32,000 bases of DNA from assembly GCF_013365475.1 (NCBI RefSeq), contig NZ_CP046579.1:60001-92000 (forward strand). The letters run 5' to 3'. The position numbers and the translations under genes were made by a program. The DNA is from Candidatus Saccharimonadota bacterium (GTDB lineage: Bacteria > Pseudomonadota > Alphaproteobacteria > Rickettsiales > Anaplasmataceae). Of this stretch, positions 1-9,884 are shown in pieces (positions within the stretch are counted from its first letter, which is position 1; each line of letters begins with the position of its first letter). The notes beneath the pieces are model-generated. The model had not been told where the DNA came from. It saw only the letters and a program-made list of their open reading frames with translations, and made no database searches.

Positions 1-1
1 C

Positions 2-1036
2 TTTAGACTGGATTTAAGTAACGATTCAGTTGTAATCTTTGGCCAAAATGGTATTGGTAAAACCAATATACTTGAAGCAATCTCTTTGTTAGCCAAAAGT
101 AATGGAATGAAAAAAGCAAAAGCAAGTGAGATGCAAAATAGATTCAGTAATAAAGATTGGGCAGTACATTACGGATTTTTCAACGGAGTTGATTTTAATT
201 CGATTGGTATTGCAAAGAGCTTGAATAAAAAACTAGTACAAATCGATGGGAAGTTGCAATCAAGTTATTCATCTCTTTACAGAATATCCAATGTAATCTG
301 GCTAATCCCCCAAATGGACTATATTCTTCTCAACCCTCCAAGCGATAGGCTAAAGCTTCTGGACCGCATAGTTTCATTATTTGAAGAAAATTACATTTAT
401 TGTTACATAAAATATAAGAAAGCTAAAGACCAGCGAAGTAAACTACTAAGAAAAAATATTTTAGATGAAAATTGGCTATCCATTCTTGAGAAGATCATGG
501 CTGTTAATGCAGTTAACATATCACATATGCGGCTATCTGTTTTAAAAACATTACAGAATACAATTAATAACTACTCCACTGAGTTTCTTCCAAAAGCTAG
601 TTTAAAATTCAGCAGCCAACTAATCTCAAGTAACACTCCAGAATATCTTCAAAGTCGCCTGAGGGAAAATAGAGAAATAGACTCGTTAACTGGTAAAGTA
701 AACTTTTGTATAAATAACGATAAATTTCAGATCTTCTGTCAAAAGAAAGGCGTACCGGTAAATTTGTGCTCCACTGGAGAGCAAAAATTATTGTTGCTTT
801 CTATTATTTTGTCTAGCGTAAAAGCAAGATGTATTTTCTATAACAAAGCACCTCTTCTTTTACTTGACGATATAATGTCGCATCTAGATAAATACTACAG
901 AAGGGTGTTGATAGAGGAAGTATTAAGTATCCAATGCCAAACTTGGATAACTGACATAGACAGAAAAAATTTTGATGGCCATATCAATTCATTTAGGTTT
1001 ATTGAGCTACAGACAAACCAAATGTGCTCAGATTAG
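2..1036 (+). CDS. recF: DNA replication and repair protein RecF, 5' end off-window
   Basis: The frame is open from the window edge. Translation from nt 2 reads FRLDLSNDSVVIFGQNGIGKTNILEAISLL, which contains Walker A GxxGxGKT. Further on are STGEQKLLLLSIILS (signature-like) and LLLLDDIMSHLD (Walker B). The TTG at 86 used by the ORF track is internal. Confidence 0.85.
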   Translation, partial: FRLDLSNDSVVIFGQNGIGKTNILEAISLLAKSNGMKKAKASEMQNRFSNKDWAVHYGFFNGVDFNSIGIAKSLNKKLVQIDGKLQSSYSSLYRISNVIWLIPQMDYILLNPPSDRLKLLDRIVSLFEENYIYCYIKYKKAKDQRSKLLRKNILDENWLSILEKIMAVNAVNISHMRLSVLKTLQNTINNYSTEFLPKASLKFSSQLISSNTPEYLQSRLRENREIDSLTGKVNFCINNDKFQIFCQKKGVPVNLCSTGEQKLLLLSIILSSVKARCIFYNKAPLLLLDDIMSHLDKYYRRVLIEEVLSIQCQTWITDIDRKNFDGHINSFRFIELQTNQMCSD

Positions 1037-2670
1037 CCTAGTTACTTACCATATAAATTATCTATAATACTCATCAGATATGTCAATAAGTGACTCAATT
1101 TTCACTATACAGATAACTATATCTTACAGTACTGCTGACTAAGTTACTTCGATGTCATTTTAAGAATACTAAAACTATGTACTCAAAATCATTTAACTTC
1201 ACTGTATGGAAGGAAGAAAAAATTTCTAAAATTTTAGTAAATGAAATGATTTGATGAACTTGCAGAATTTATTATCATATGGATATCTGATGATAGTTAG
1301 ATTAATATTTATTCTTTAGTTCTTAAGTAACTAATAACTATTCACTTTTCTCTAATGTTGATTATGTATAGTAACCCTTGTTATTAAGAATAAAATTTAC
1401 TTCTAAGCTTCGCATAATTACATTAAAAAAGCAAAGATTTATTGCTAGATTTTACTCAACAGCTATCAAACTGCCAGTTTACTGATAAAGTAGCATCATT
1501 TTTTAAGTTATATCAGAAAAATTTCTATACATTTAAGTAAAAACATAATAAAATGCACTTTTTGTTCACAAGGAGAAATCATCTAGCTAAGCTTTTGTGC
1601 ACGCAGTTTTTACATTGTAAAAATATAAAATGTCAATTGCGTATCACCTTCATAGCTTAATACATGAAGACTGAAGGTTATTTGAAACCTTAGTAAATTT
1701 ATAAACCAACTGCTTCTTTTACAAAGTCTAAAGAGCTAATTTATACAAGAAACCTGTTTCCCCGTTACAATGGTATTTTACACCATAAGCACAGTAATAT
1801 TGACGCTTACTAAGTTTATGAATTATTTATTTTATTCATTTACTCAGAATGGAACCGATCAATAAAATACCTTAAGATACCGACTACTCAAGTACCCTGA
1901 TATTAGAAGTTCCACTTCACAGAGTATTAAGAACAACAGTTCTACATACATTGATGAAATAAGTACTGTGAAACTACATCAACTACGCCCAGTAGATTTA
2001 CAACAAACAGCACTAAAATGAGTAAATCTATGATAGAGCAATACCCATAAATAAGTGTAGAAAAACATATAATACCAGCTATAAAATCGCTATATGCCAA
2101 CTACAGGCTGTCATAAAAGTTAATTAATTCATCAATAGTGAACTAGGAGAGGAGCACTAAACAGCAGCTACATTCCAAGTACTAAAGTAAAAATCAACAA
2201 CTATGTGCCTACTGTAACTTAATTCATAATACATTTTCTCTAATCTAATCAACTTGCTATAAATGATTAGTAATAAATAGTATGATCTTTACTCATAAAT
2301 GTCTTTTAAGATATAGAATTTACAGTATAAAATAAAATATACTAAAAGTATTGCCACTATATTATCAGCTCTTCTATGTAAAGTCACACAACTCAGAGTT
2401 ATATTCAAATATCTACTGAGAGATCTCTGTTAGTAACAGAAAAAGCCCTTAGCATTAAGTATACATATCACTGAGAGCGGTAGTAAACCAAGTAGTTTTT
2501 GTTAAGAATACAAACAGAAAAAGTGTAAAGCACAATGGTAACTGCTTATTTTGTGATAGCTGATGTATTAGAATATTACTTCTATTCACATCCTAAGGGT
2601 TGGTACGTAGATTACTGATTGATAAAATGATTATTTTACTTCTGTAATTTTTATATTAAAATATATTTTA

Positions 2671-3012
2671 TAGGTGAAATAAGTAGCTGCTGTTGTATGA
2701 CAAATGCAACAGAGGAAAGTCCGGGCTCCAAGGAAAAATAGTGACGGGTAATACCCGCCGGGGGTAACTCCAGTTTAGGGCTACAGAAAATTACCGCCTA
2801 GTATTTTTAGGTAAGGGTGAAAAGGTATGGTAAGGGCATACCATAACAACGGTGACGTTGATAGTTGAGCAACCAACACTAGGAGCAAGATTAAATAAGA
2901 GTAGATCTTATGTTTTTCCTCATATCTACTCGGGTAAATCGCATGCAGTAAGTGGTAACATTTATTCAAGATAAATAGCTACATAAACAGAACTCGGCTT
3001 ATATTTCACCTA
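2671..3012 (+). ncRNA. rnpB: RNase P RNA (bacterial type A), about 342 nt
   Basis: Universal CR-I GAGGAAAGTCCGGGCTCC lies at 2712-2729. The CR-II-like block AGGGTGAAAAGGTATGGTAAGGGCATACC is present, and CR-V ACAGAACTCGGCTTAT lies at 2987-3002. A terminal P1 helix pairs TAGGTGAAATA (2671-2681) with TATTTCACCTA (3002-3012). Confidence 0.95.
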
Positions 3013-3061
3013 GGAACATATAAAAGCATTAGTAGTAATGATTCCAAAATGCATAGATACC

Positions 3062-3832
3062 CTATACATTATTCTTCACTTGCTCTGCTTTATACTCAAC
3101 ATTATTTTCTCCTACATTAATGCTAGAATATTCTTCATCTTCAAGGTAATCTTTCAGAACATAACCTCTTCCCCAAACAGTTTCTATATGGCTTTTCCCA
3201 TCATTTGCATTTTCAAGTTTCTTACGTAATTTACACATAAAAACATCAACTATTTTGTTATCCGAAGGTTCATCCAAACCGTTATAAAGATGATTTAAAA
3301 ACATCTCTTTTGTTAACACAGTCCCTTTACGTAACGCTAGTAACTCTATCATAGAATATTCTTTATTAGTTAGATGAACTGTTTTACCTTTTACTTCAAC
3401 AACCCTATGATCGAAATTAATATTTATATTACCAATTTTTATCACTGACTCAGGATGACCTTTAGTACGGCGAACTATTGCTTTTATTCGAGCGAGCAAC
3501 TCGCTTTTGTGAAACGGTTTAGTTAAATAATCATCAGCCCCATATCCAAGTCCCTTGGCTTTTTGATTAACAGCAGATATACATGAAAGTATTAAGACGG
3601 GAACTTTAATTTTTGCACTTCTTAACCTTAGTAAGATATCATACCCATCAATATCACCAGGCAAGTGTATATCCAGAATAACTAAGTCATAATGATCTCC
3701 ATTCGAGGAAATCATATTATTGTTGTAGTCTTGCGCAGAAGTTACAACATCACAAAAGTGCCCATCAGAAGTTAAAGCATTAACTACAGTCTTTGCACTT
3801 ACTTGATCGTCTTCAATTAATAATATACGCAT
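3062..3832 (-). CDS. ctrA: Cell-cycle response regulator CtrA (OmpR-family receiver plus winged helix)
   Basis: Starts MRILLIEDD, with the phospho-acceptor context LVILDIHLPGDIDG. Long stretches match Caulobacter CtrA as I recall it: GADDYLTKPFHKSELLARI, HLTNKEYSMIELLALRKGTVLTKEMFLNHLY, VDVFMCKLRKKL and HIETVWGRGYVL. Confidence 0.9.
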   Translation of the reverse strand: MRILLIEDDQVSAKTVVNALTSDGHFCDVVTSAQDYNNNMISSNGDHYDLVILDIHLPGDIDGYDILLRLRSAKIKVPVLILSCISAVNQKAKGLGYGADDYLTKPFHKSELLARIKAIVRRTKGHPESVIKIGNININFDHRVVEVKGKTVHLTNKEYSMIELLALRKGTVLTKEMFLNHLYNGLDEPSDNKIVDVFMCKLRKKLENANDGKSHIETVWGRGYVLKDYLEDEEYSSINVGENNVEYKAEQVKNNV

Positions 3833-4135
3833 ATTCTATACCCTGTAAGTAATTTATAATTTTAGCAATATATATAACTAAGGAAAGTAACAAATCAAAC
3901 TTTTATTAACAAATGGTCAAAATTGCTTTAATGAACATAAAGAATTATTTAAATAAATAGATGTATTATATAACATATAGGAAGTGCTACCTTCAGTAAA
4001 CATTAGCTAAAGCCAATGTTTCTAAAAGAGCACCCAACTTAATAAATATTAAACTATCCTAGATGTTTACTTCATGTTTTTAATTTACTTGCCATACTAT
4101 TCTAAGTAGAATAACAGTTTTCAGGTCATTATGTA

Positions 4136-5113
4136 ATGATATCAATTTTAGGCGCTGGTGCATGGGGAACAGCAATTGCAATTTCACTGAGTCACAGACA
4201 GAACATAACTCTGTGGGCACACAGTAGAACTACATTTGAAATACTTAACAAAGTGAGAGAAAGCAATAAGCTACCAGGCTGCCGTATCCCCGATAATGTG
4301 TCAATAAAGTCAACTATTGAAGAGACAACTAATACTTCAACAATCATCATAACAGTACCAGTCCAGTCTTTGAGGCAAGTATGTCAGCGATTACGCAACT
4401 GTAGTCTAAGAAATGATGCAGCAGTAATTTTAGCATGTAAAGGAATAGAAAGGTCTACATTAAAGCTACCTAGTGAAATAGTAAATGAAGTTTTACCTAA
4501 CAATCCTGTCGCTATTTTCTCAGGTCCTAGCTTTGCTGCAGAAGTTGCAAAAAAACTACCATATTCAATGGTTCTTGCATGCCGAAATAATGCACTAGGC
4601 TTGAAGTTAATATCAGAACTTCAACAGGAAAATATTAAGTTATATTTTAGTAATGATGTTATAGGAATACAGATTTGTGCAGCGTTAAAGAATGTTTTTG
4701 CCGTAGCATGTGGAGTTATTTTAGGTAAGGAACTTGGCTGCAATACTCATGCAGCATTAATAACAAAAAGCATTAATGAAATTAAAACTTTTTATCTAGC
4801 AAAAATCGACAACAGTTTAGATATAGATACATTGCTTGGACCAGCATGTCTAGGTGACCTAATCATGACATGCACATCTTTTAATTCAAGAAATCTATCA
4901 CTTGGGTTTAAAATAGGTAGCAGTAACAATAATTTTAACATTCAGCTGATCTTATCAGAAAGTAAATCAGTGATTGAAGGTTTTAGTACCGCTCAACCTG
5001 TACTTCATCTAGCAAGAAAGCTAAAAATAAAAATGCCTATATGTGAAGCAATTTACAAATTATTATACGAAAACGCCTCCATAGAGGAGACAATTTCTAT
5101 TCTTACAAGTTAA
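4136..5113 (+). CDS. gpsA: NAD(P)H-dependent glycerol-3-phosphate dehydrogenase
   Basis: N-terminal Rossmann motif ILGAGAWGTAIA. Also GPSFAAEVAKKLP and KNVFAVACGV, typical of GpsA. Length 325 aa. Confidence 0.9.
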   Translation: MISILGAGAWGTAIAISLSHRQNITLWAHSRTTFEILNKVRESNKLPGCRIPDNVSIKSTIEETTNTSTIIITVPVQSLRQVCQRLRNCSLRNDAAVILACKGIERSTLKLPSEIVNEVLPNNPVAIFSGPSFAAEVAKKLPYSMVLACRNNALGLKLISELQQENIKLYFSNDVIGIQICAALKNVFAVACGVILGKELGCNTHAALITKSINEIKTFYLAKIDNSLDIDTLLGPACLGDLIMTCTSFNSRNLSLGFKIGSSNNNFNIQLILSESKSVIEGFSTAQPVLHLARKLKIKMPICEAIYKLLYENASIEETISILTS

Positions 5114-5134
5114 CTTTTCTTCGTTACAACTATT

Positions 5135-5617
5135 ATGAAAATTTTTTACAAACTTATATCGACATGGTGTCTATCAGGCACAGTAAAGAAAATGCCAGGT
5201 ACTGTTGGTAGTTTAGCTTCCTATTTAATCCTTCCTATAGTACTAAGCGACAGAATCCTAGGTGCAGTAATTATTTTTCTCTTATTTTTAATTGGATTAT
5301 GGTCCATAGTCAACTACACAAAATATTACCAAACCATACAAGATCCGGAAGAGGTAGTGATTGATGAAGTAGTTGGTCAATTATTGACTGTATTCTTAAC
5401 TTCTATATTACTAAACCAAGAAATGAATAGTCTTTTGTTGATGTTATGCTTTTTTTCTTTTAGGTTATTTGATATAATAAAAACATGGCCTATAAATTTG
5501 ATCGACAGAAATATCAAATGTCCTCTAGGCATTATGCTAGATGATATTACAGCTGCAATTTTAGCTTGTGTTCTTATAGGTGCTCTCTATTGTTTGTTAT
5601 CTGTGTATGCAGGATAA
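5135..5617 (+). CDS. pgpA: Phosphatidylglycerophosphatase A
   Basis: PGTVGSLASYLI and IDEVVGQ motifs, a multi-helix hydrophobic profile, and about 160 aa, typical of PgpA. Confidence 0.8.
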   Translation: MKIFYKLISTWCLSGTVKKMPGTVGSLASYLILPIVLSDRILGAVIIFLLFLIGLWSIVNYTKYYQTIQDPEEVVIDEVVGQLLTVFLTSILLNQEMNSLLLMLCFFSFRLFDIIKTWPINLIDRNIKCPLGIMLDDITAAILACVLIGALYCLLSVYAG

Positions 5618-6386
5618 AGAAACCTGTTATTCAAGTTTAATCATCCAAAATCTAAAAAATTATATACTGCATGTAGCAAACTTATCCCAGTGGGAGGTGT
5701 ATGATGAATTCGATAACATTTGGTTTACAATAAATGGGACCAACGAATCGTTATTCAATTTTGTATTTTGTGAAGATCAATGCACGGAACTTTCTATACA
5801 GAAAACTCTAGATTACCTTAGAAGAAGGAATATGCAAGTAACATGGGTAATGAACTCATATATCAAGATAAAGAGTGTTCTAAAAAAGAGTAAGATAAAA
5901 CATATTAGTACACCGAAAAAAGTTTTACTTGACATGAAAAATTACCTCCTATCCGCTGACGTTGTTCCAAGTTTGAGTTTGAATACCGTAAATAGTAGCA
6001 ACCTCTTACAACAGTTAGATTTGTATACCTCCAGGATTTTTTACCACAAAGTTGGAATTGTAGGTACATTTTTTCGAGGTTTACAAAACTACAATGATAA
6101 AAACTCTGGATTGAGATTTTTTCTTGCGACACTAAATAATGAAGTTGTAGGAACATGCAGCCTTTACATTCAAGATAGCGAAGCGGGTTTCTATAGTGAT
6201 GGAGTTTTGCCAACTCATAGAAATCGTGGAATAGGCACACAAATGATTTTAGAAAGAATTAAAATAATTCGACAGCTCAAATGCAAATACATAAAAGCAC
6301 ATTGTATGAAACCTTCTATTAACGTTTACAAAAGATTAGGCTTTCAGACATTAGGCAATCTTTACTTGTATACTTCTCCAGCGTAA
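5607..6386 (+). CDS. GNAT-family N-acetyltransferase, substrate unknown
   Basis: C-terminal acetyl-CoA motif A region: VVGTCSLYIQDSEAGFYSDGVLPTHRNRGIGTQMILERI ... VYKRLGF. I prefer the ATG at 5607 over the GTG at 5580 in the ORF track. That start overlaps the pgpA end by 11 nt. Confidence 0.6.
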   Translation: MQDKETCYSSLIIQNLKNYILHVANLSQWEVYDEFDNIWFTINGTNESLFNFVFCEDQCTELSIQKTLDYLRRRNMQVTWVMNSYIKIKSVLKKSKIKHISTPKKVLLDMKNYLLSADVVPSLSLNTVNSSNLLQQLDLYTSRIFYHKVGIVGTFFRGLQNYNDKNSGLRFFLATLNNEVVGTCSLYIQDSEAGFYSDGVLPTHRNRGIGTQMILERIKIIRQLKCKYIKAHCMKPSINVYKRLGFQTLGNLYLYTSPA

Positions 6387-6438
6387 CTTATACATACCTA
6401 TTAAACAATTACAAATTTTTACGTCCGTTTAAGAAGTT

Positions 6439-7575
6439 ATGTTTTTTTTGTATGAAGTAGTTTTATTATTAATTTTAATATTATTCTTTTTCTCTTATTT
6501 CAAGTTTAGAATAGATAATAGAATCAAGAGCTTACAACATCAAAATATCATAATAAACAACCTAATTGATACTTTAGACGATGGATTTTATATTTGGGAT
6601 GCAAAAAAACGTATAGAAAAATTTTCTCCTAATTTACTGATCTTGTTCAACACAGTTTTTTACTCATTTAACGAATTTGTAAATTTTTTTGAGCAATCAG
6701 AAATTCTAATTAAAAATTTTACTGAGGCAAAGAAAATAAATAAATCCTTTACTCTAGATTTGAAGTCGAAAGATGGGGAAGTCTACTGCATATGTTATGG
6801 CAGAAGTATAATAGATGATTCTAATACTGTGATTGGCGTACTGCTATGGGTAAGAAATATCTCAGACTATAAGATACAAGCTACTGAGCTTGAACTGGAA
6901 AATAATAAACTTAAACAAGAAATAGAAAGCTATAGGAGCATTTTCAACTCTCTCCCATTCCCTATACTAAAGTATAATGAAAATAAAAAGGTAAAATTGT
7001 GCAACTTATTTTATGATAAATATATAAACAGCTCACAAAGATTGGCTGTAGCTAGTAGTGTCCAAAACACAAAATCAGGAAAACACGTGATAACCTATAA
7101 AAATAAACGCAAGGTTTTTAATTTTATTAAAATTCCAATACAAAGCTCAGGCAGCACAATAGTGTATGGGAGAGATATTAGTGATATAGAGGAGTTGCAT
7201 GTTAGATTGAATAGCTACTTAGCTACACAGAAAAACTTACTTGAGGAGTTACCAACTGCTATTACAATATATGACAAGAACCAAAAACTAAAATTTTTTA
7301 ATAACGCTTTTGTAAAAACGTTTCAATTCGACATAAAGTTCTTGGTATCTTATCCTACTTACCACGAAGTTATGCTTTATCTATTTGAATCTAAAAGACT
7401 CTTAGAACAAGATGATTTTCAAACTATAAGTAGTCAGAGGCATGAGTTATTTCAAAAACTACTCGGACCATATAATAGCACAATCCACTTCACAAATGGA
7501 AAAGCATTTAGAATATTAACAATACCTTATGCTTTAGAAGGTCTACTTTTCTCATACCAGGAGTGTAAGAGATAA
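6439..7575 (+). CDS. Membrane-anchored PAS-domain sensor protein with no histidine-kinase core in the ORF
   Basis: N-terminal TM helix FFLYEVVLLLILILFFFSYF. PAS-like cores FNSLPFPILKYNENKKVKL and LEELPTAITIYDKNQKLKFFNNAFVKTF...HFTNGKAFRILTIPYALEGLLFSYQE resemble the repeated PAS modules of alphaproteobacterial PleC-like kinases. No H-box (HExxxP) or N/G1/G2 boxes. The stop lies 3 nt from the sdhB stop. Confidence 0.6.
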   Translation: MFFLYEVVLLLILILFFFSYFKFRIDNRIKSLQHQNIIINNLIDTLDDGFYIWDAKKRIEKFSPNLLILFNTVFYSFNEFVNFFEQSEILIKNFTEAKKINKSFTLDLKSKDGEVYCICYGRSIIDDSNTVIGVLLWVRNISDYKIQATELELENNKLKQEIESYRSIFNSLPFPILKYNENKKVKLCNLFYDKYINSSQRLAVASSVQNTKSGKHVITYKNKRKVFNFIKIPIQSSGSTIVYGRDISDIEELHVRLNSYLATQKNLLEELPTAITIYDKNQKLKFFNNAFVKTFQFDIKFLVSYPTYHEVMLYLFESKRLLEQDDFQTISSQRHELFQKLLGPYNSTIHFTNGKAFRILTIPYALEGLLFSYQECKR

Positions 7576-7578
7576 TAC

Positions 7579-8370
7579 TCAAGCTCCTGCTGCTCTCTTT
7601 AGCATAAGTTGTTTTATTTTTACTATTGCTCTTGCTGGATTAAGCCCTTTAGGGCAGTCTTTTGTGCAATTCATTATTGTATGACAGTAATATAACTTAA
7701 ATGGATCACCTAAAGCATCAAGTCTTTCACCAGCCTTAATATCACGGCTATCAGAAATCCATCTGTAAGCTTGTAGCAATATTGCCGGTCCCAAAAATTT
7801 ATCACCATTCCACCAATAATTTGGGCAACTAGTTGAACAACAGGCACATAATATACAATCAAAGAGACCATCAAGTTTCTTTCTATCCTCAGGAGATTGA
7901 GAATACTCTTTGTTCGGCAAGCTAGGCTTATCTGCTTGTAACCAAGGATTGATTGACCTATACTGTTCATAAAATTGGCTCATGTCTGAAACTAGGTCTT
8001 TTATTACATACATATGAGGTAATGGATATATTTTCACGTCACCTTTTATATCAGGTATAGACTTAATACATGCAAGAGTATTAGTCCCATTAATATTCAT
8101 AGCACAAGATCCACATATTCCTTCTCTGCAAGAACGTCTGAAAGTTAAGGTAGAATCTATTTCATCTTTTATCTTTATCAAAGCATCTAATACCATAGGA
8201 CCACAATCATCCATATCAATAAAAAATGTATCCATCCTAGGATTTTCTCCATCATCAGCTGACCAGCGGTAAATTTGAAATTTTCTAATATTTTTCCCTT
8301 TAACAGGAGCAGGGTAGACTCTACCCTTTTCATTGACTTTAGAATTCTTTGGTAAAAAGAACTGAACCAT
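7579..8370 (-). CDS. sdhB: Succinate dehydrogenase iron-sulfur subunit
   Basis: Three Cys clusters: [33 protein letters not shown] and [17 protein letters not shown]. Length 263 aa. Confidence 0.95.
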   Translation of the reverse strand: MVQFFLPKNSKVNEKGRVYPAPVKGKNIRKFQIYRWSADDGENPRMDTFFIDMDDCGPMVLDALIKIKDEIDSTLTFRRSCREGICGSCAMNINGTNTLACIKSIPDIKGDVKIYPLPHMYVIKDLVSDMSQFYEQYRSINPWLQADKPSLPNKEYSQSPEDRKKLDGLFDCILCACCSTSCPNYWWNGDKFLGPAILLQAYRWISDSRDIKAGERLDALGDPFKLYYCHTIMNCTKDCPKGLNPARAIVKIKQLMLKRAAGA

Positions 8371-8468
8371 ATTGTTTTCCTTTTATCGCTTATAGCATAA
8401 AGCACACTTTATTTGTAGATAACATATTTTATTATTACCTACCATACTTTTATTCAATTTTATTCAAA

Positions 8469-8915
8469 CTAAGCTATATTGTAGCCTAGTGAAGTTAAAA
8501 TCCTGTTTTCCAAGTTTTTCATTACAATTTCTTCATCTTCTTCTAGGTGATCATAACCAAGTAAATGTAGTAATCCATGCACCAACATATGTGCAACGTG
8601 AGCTATAACAGATATGTTGTACTCACTCGACTCTTTCTGTATTGTGTCTATTGAAATTGCCATGTCACCTAGATCACACTTGTTGGACAGCTGCTCACAC
8701 TGAAATGATAAGACATTAGTTGGCTTATCCACTCTTCTGAATCTCAAATTAAGTTGATGAAGCAAGTTATCATCAGCAAGTACCAATGATATACTTGGTT
8801 CATAGTTGTCCACCTCCAATTTTCTCAGAGAAACATTCATAATATTTAATATAAATTTCTCTAGATCCTCTGTAATACTATACCACCTTTTATCAAGAAC
8901 ATTTACTTCTAACAT
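8469..8915 (-). CDS. ybeY: rRNA maturation endoribonuclease YbeY
   Basis: Zinc-binding motif [15 protein letters not shown]. Length 148 aa. Confidence 0.9.
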   Translation of the reverse strand: MLEVNVLDKRWYSITEDLEKFILNIMNVSLRKLEVDNYEPSISLVLADDNLLHQLNLRFRRVDKPTNVLSFQCEQLSNKCDLGDMAISIDTIQKESSEYNISVIAHVAHMLVHGLLHLLGYDHLEEDEEIVMKNLENRILTSLGYNIA

Positions 8916-9187
8916 TTACTCACCTCCATTACTCAATCTCATTAGCTGAAAAACTGACAAATTTAACTGTTTAAAAGTGAATTTCCATATCACTCTATAC
9001 AACTTGACTACTTAGATATTCATACCTTACCAATTAAAAGCAGGAGCTACTCATAGTATAGAATATTCATTAAAGATTCTGATTACCCTGAATAATATAT
9101 TTTCTTTAATTTACGTGATAAAAAACACAAAAACTGTGACATATATATTTATATAACTATTAGCTTGAGTACTCACATAATTTTGTC

Positions 9188-9884
9188 TCAAATAACTGCA
9201 TTATCAATACCAGTTGTAAGGACAGAAACTCTAACCTTGCCCCTCTATTTCTTGATCAAGAGAAGCACCAAGTATTATATTTGCATTTTCATCCACTTCT
9301 TCACGTACTCTATTTACTATAGCATCAACTTCAAATAGTCATATCTACAACCTATGTAATGTCAATTAATTCTCTATATACCACTTTCATTGAGCAATGG
9401 ATTACCATTTTACTCATTCTGTCCATGTATCAGGAAAGTTAAGATCAATGAGACTAAGTTCTGATTTGAAATGGAAATGAGTTTACATGTTTTTGATTTT
9501 TGAATTCCTCAAGTCCAAGTTCTGCAATGCTCATAAGACGCATACCTTGAAAGGTAAACAGCTTGGTTGCTATACTAACAGTTAATACCTTTTTCCTTTT
9601 CAAGTTCAAGATCTTACCTTTTACTACAGCACCTGCTGCTCCACCTCCAGCTTTTGCAATTACAGATGCTGCACCTTTTCTAATATTAGGCATACAATGC
9701 CAATACTAAGACCTTTAGTTAAAATCATGCCTAGCTAATTTTTAATACATAATAACCTTTCTAGAGCTTAAGCAAATCAGTATTTGCTATAATAAAATCA
9801 ACTCCATGCAAGCCAGACAAATCATGTTATTTACACATTTCTGCCAGTACTTATAACAATAATCCTTGTATGTAATACAGGCAT
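9188..9884 (-). pseudogene. ftsZ: Eroded ftsZ relic (multiple stops, frameshifts and deletions)
   Basis: Minus-strand fragments are collinear with FtsZ. TRIIVISTGRNV*..NNMI matches IxVIGVGGGGxNAVNxMI. ANTD follows. VIAKAGGGAAGAVVKGK..VLTVSIATKLFTFQGMRLMSIAELGLEEF matches GMGGGTGTGAAPVIAK..ILTVGVVTKPFxFEGxxRMxxAExGLxEL. Next come ISISNQNL (VIPNQNL), NPLLNESGI (SPLLE), LFEVDAIVNRVREEVDENANIILGASLDQEIEG and, after a frameshift, GKVRVSVLTTGIDNAVI*. The tubulin signature GGGTGTG reads GGGAAGA. In-frame stops are seen at several points. Total about 0.7 kb against about 1.2 kb for an intact gene. Confidence 0.8.

Noticed and set aside
2781-2969. 62-aa minus-strand ORF
   Set aside because: It lies entirely inside the RNase P RNA gene, whose conserved CR-I/II/V blocks and P1 helix explain the sequence. 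The ORF is a by-product.
3833-4135. CtrA-box-like TTAA half-sites in the ctrA/gpsA divergent region, for example TTAATAAATATTAAAC
   Set aside because: The spacing I found is N6, not the canonical TTAA-N7-TTAA. In DNA of about 70% AT such half-site pairs are expected by chance, so they cannot be supported without comparative or ChIP data.
9454-9693. 79-aa ORF as a stand-alone protein-coding gene
   Set aside because: Its translation is a degenerate internal FtsZ fragment (GGGAAGA..VLTVSIATKLFTFQG..IAELGLEEF) flanked by out-of-frame and stop-containing FtsZ pieces. I treat it as part of the pseudogene.
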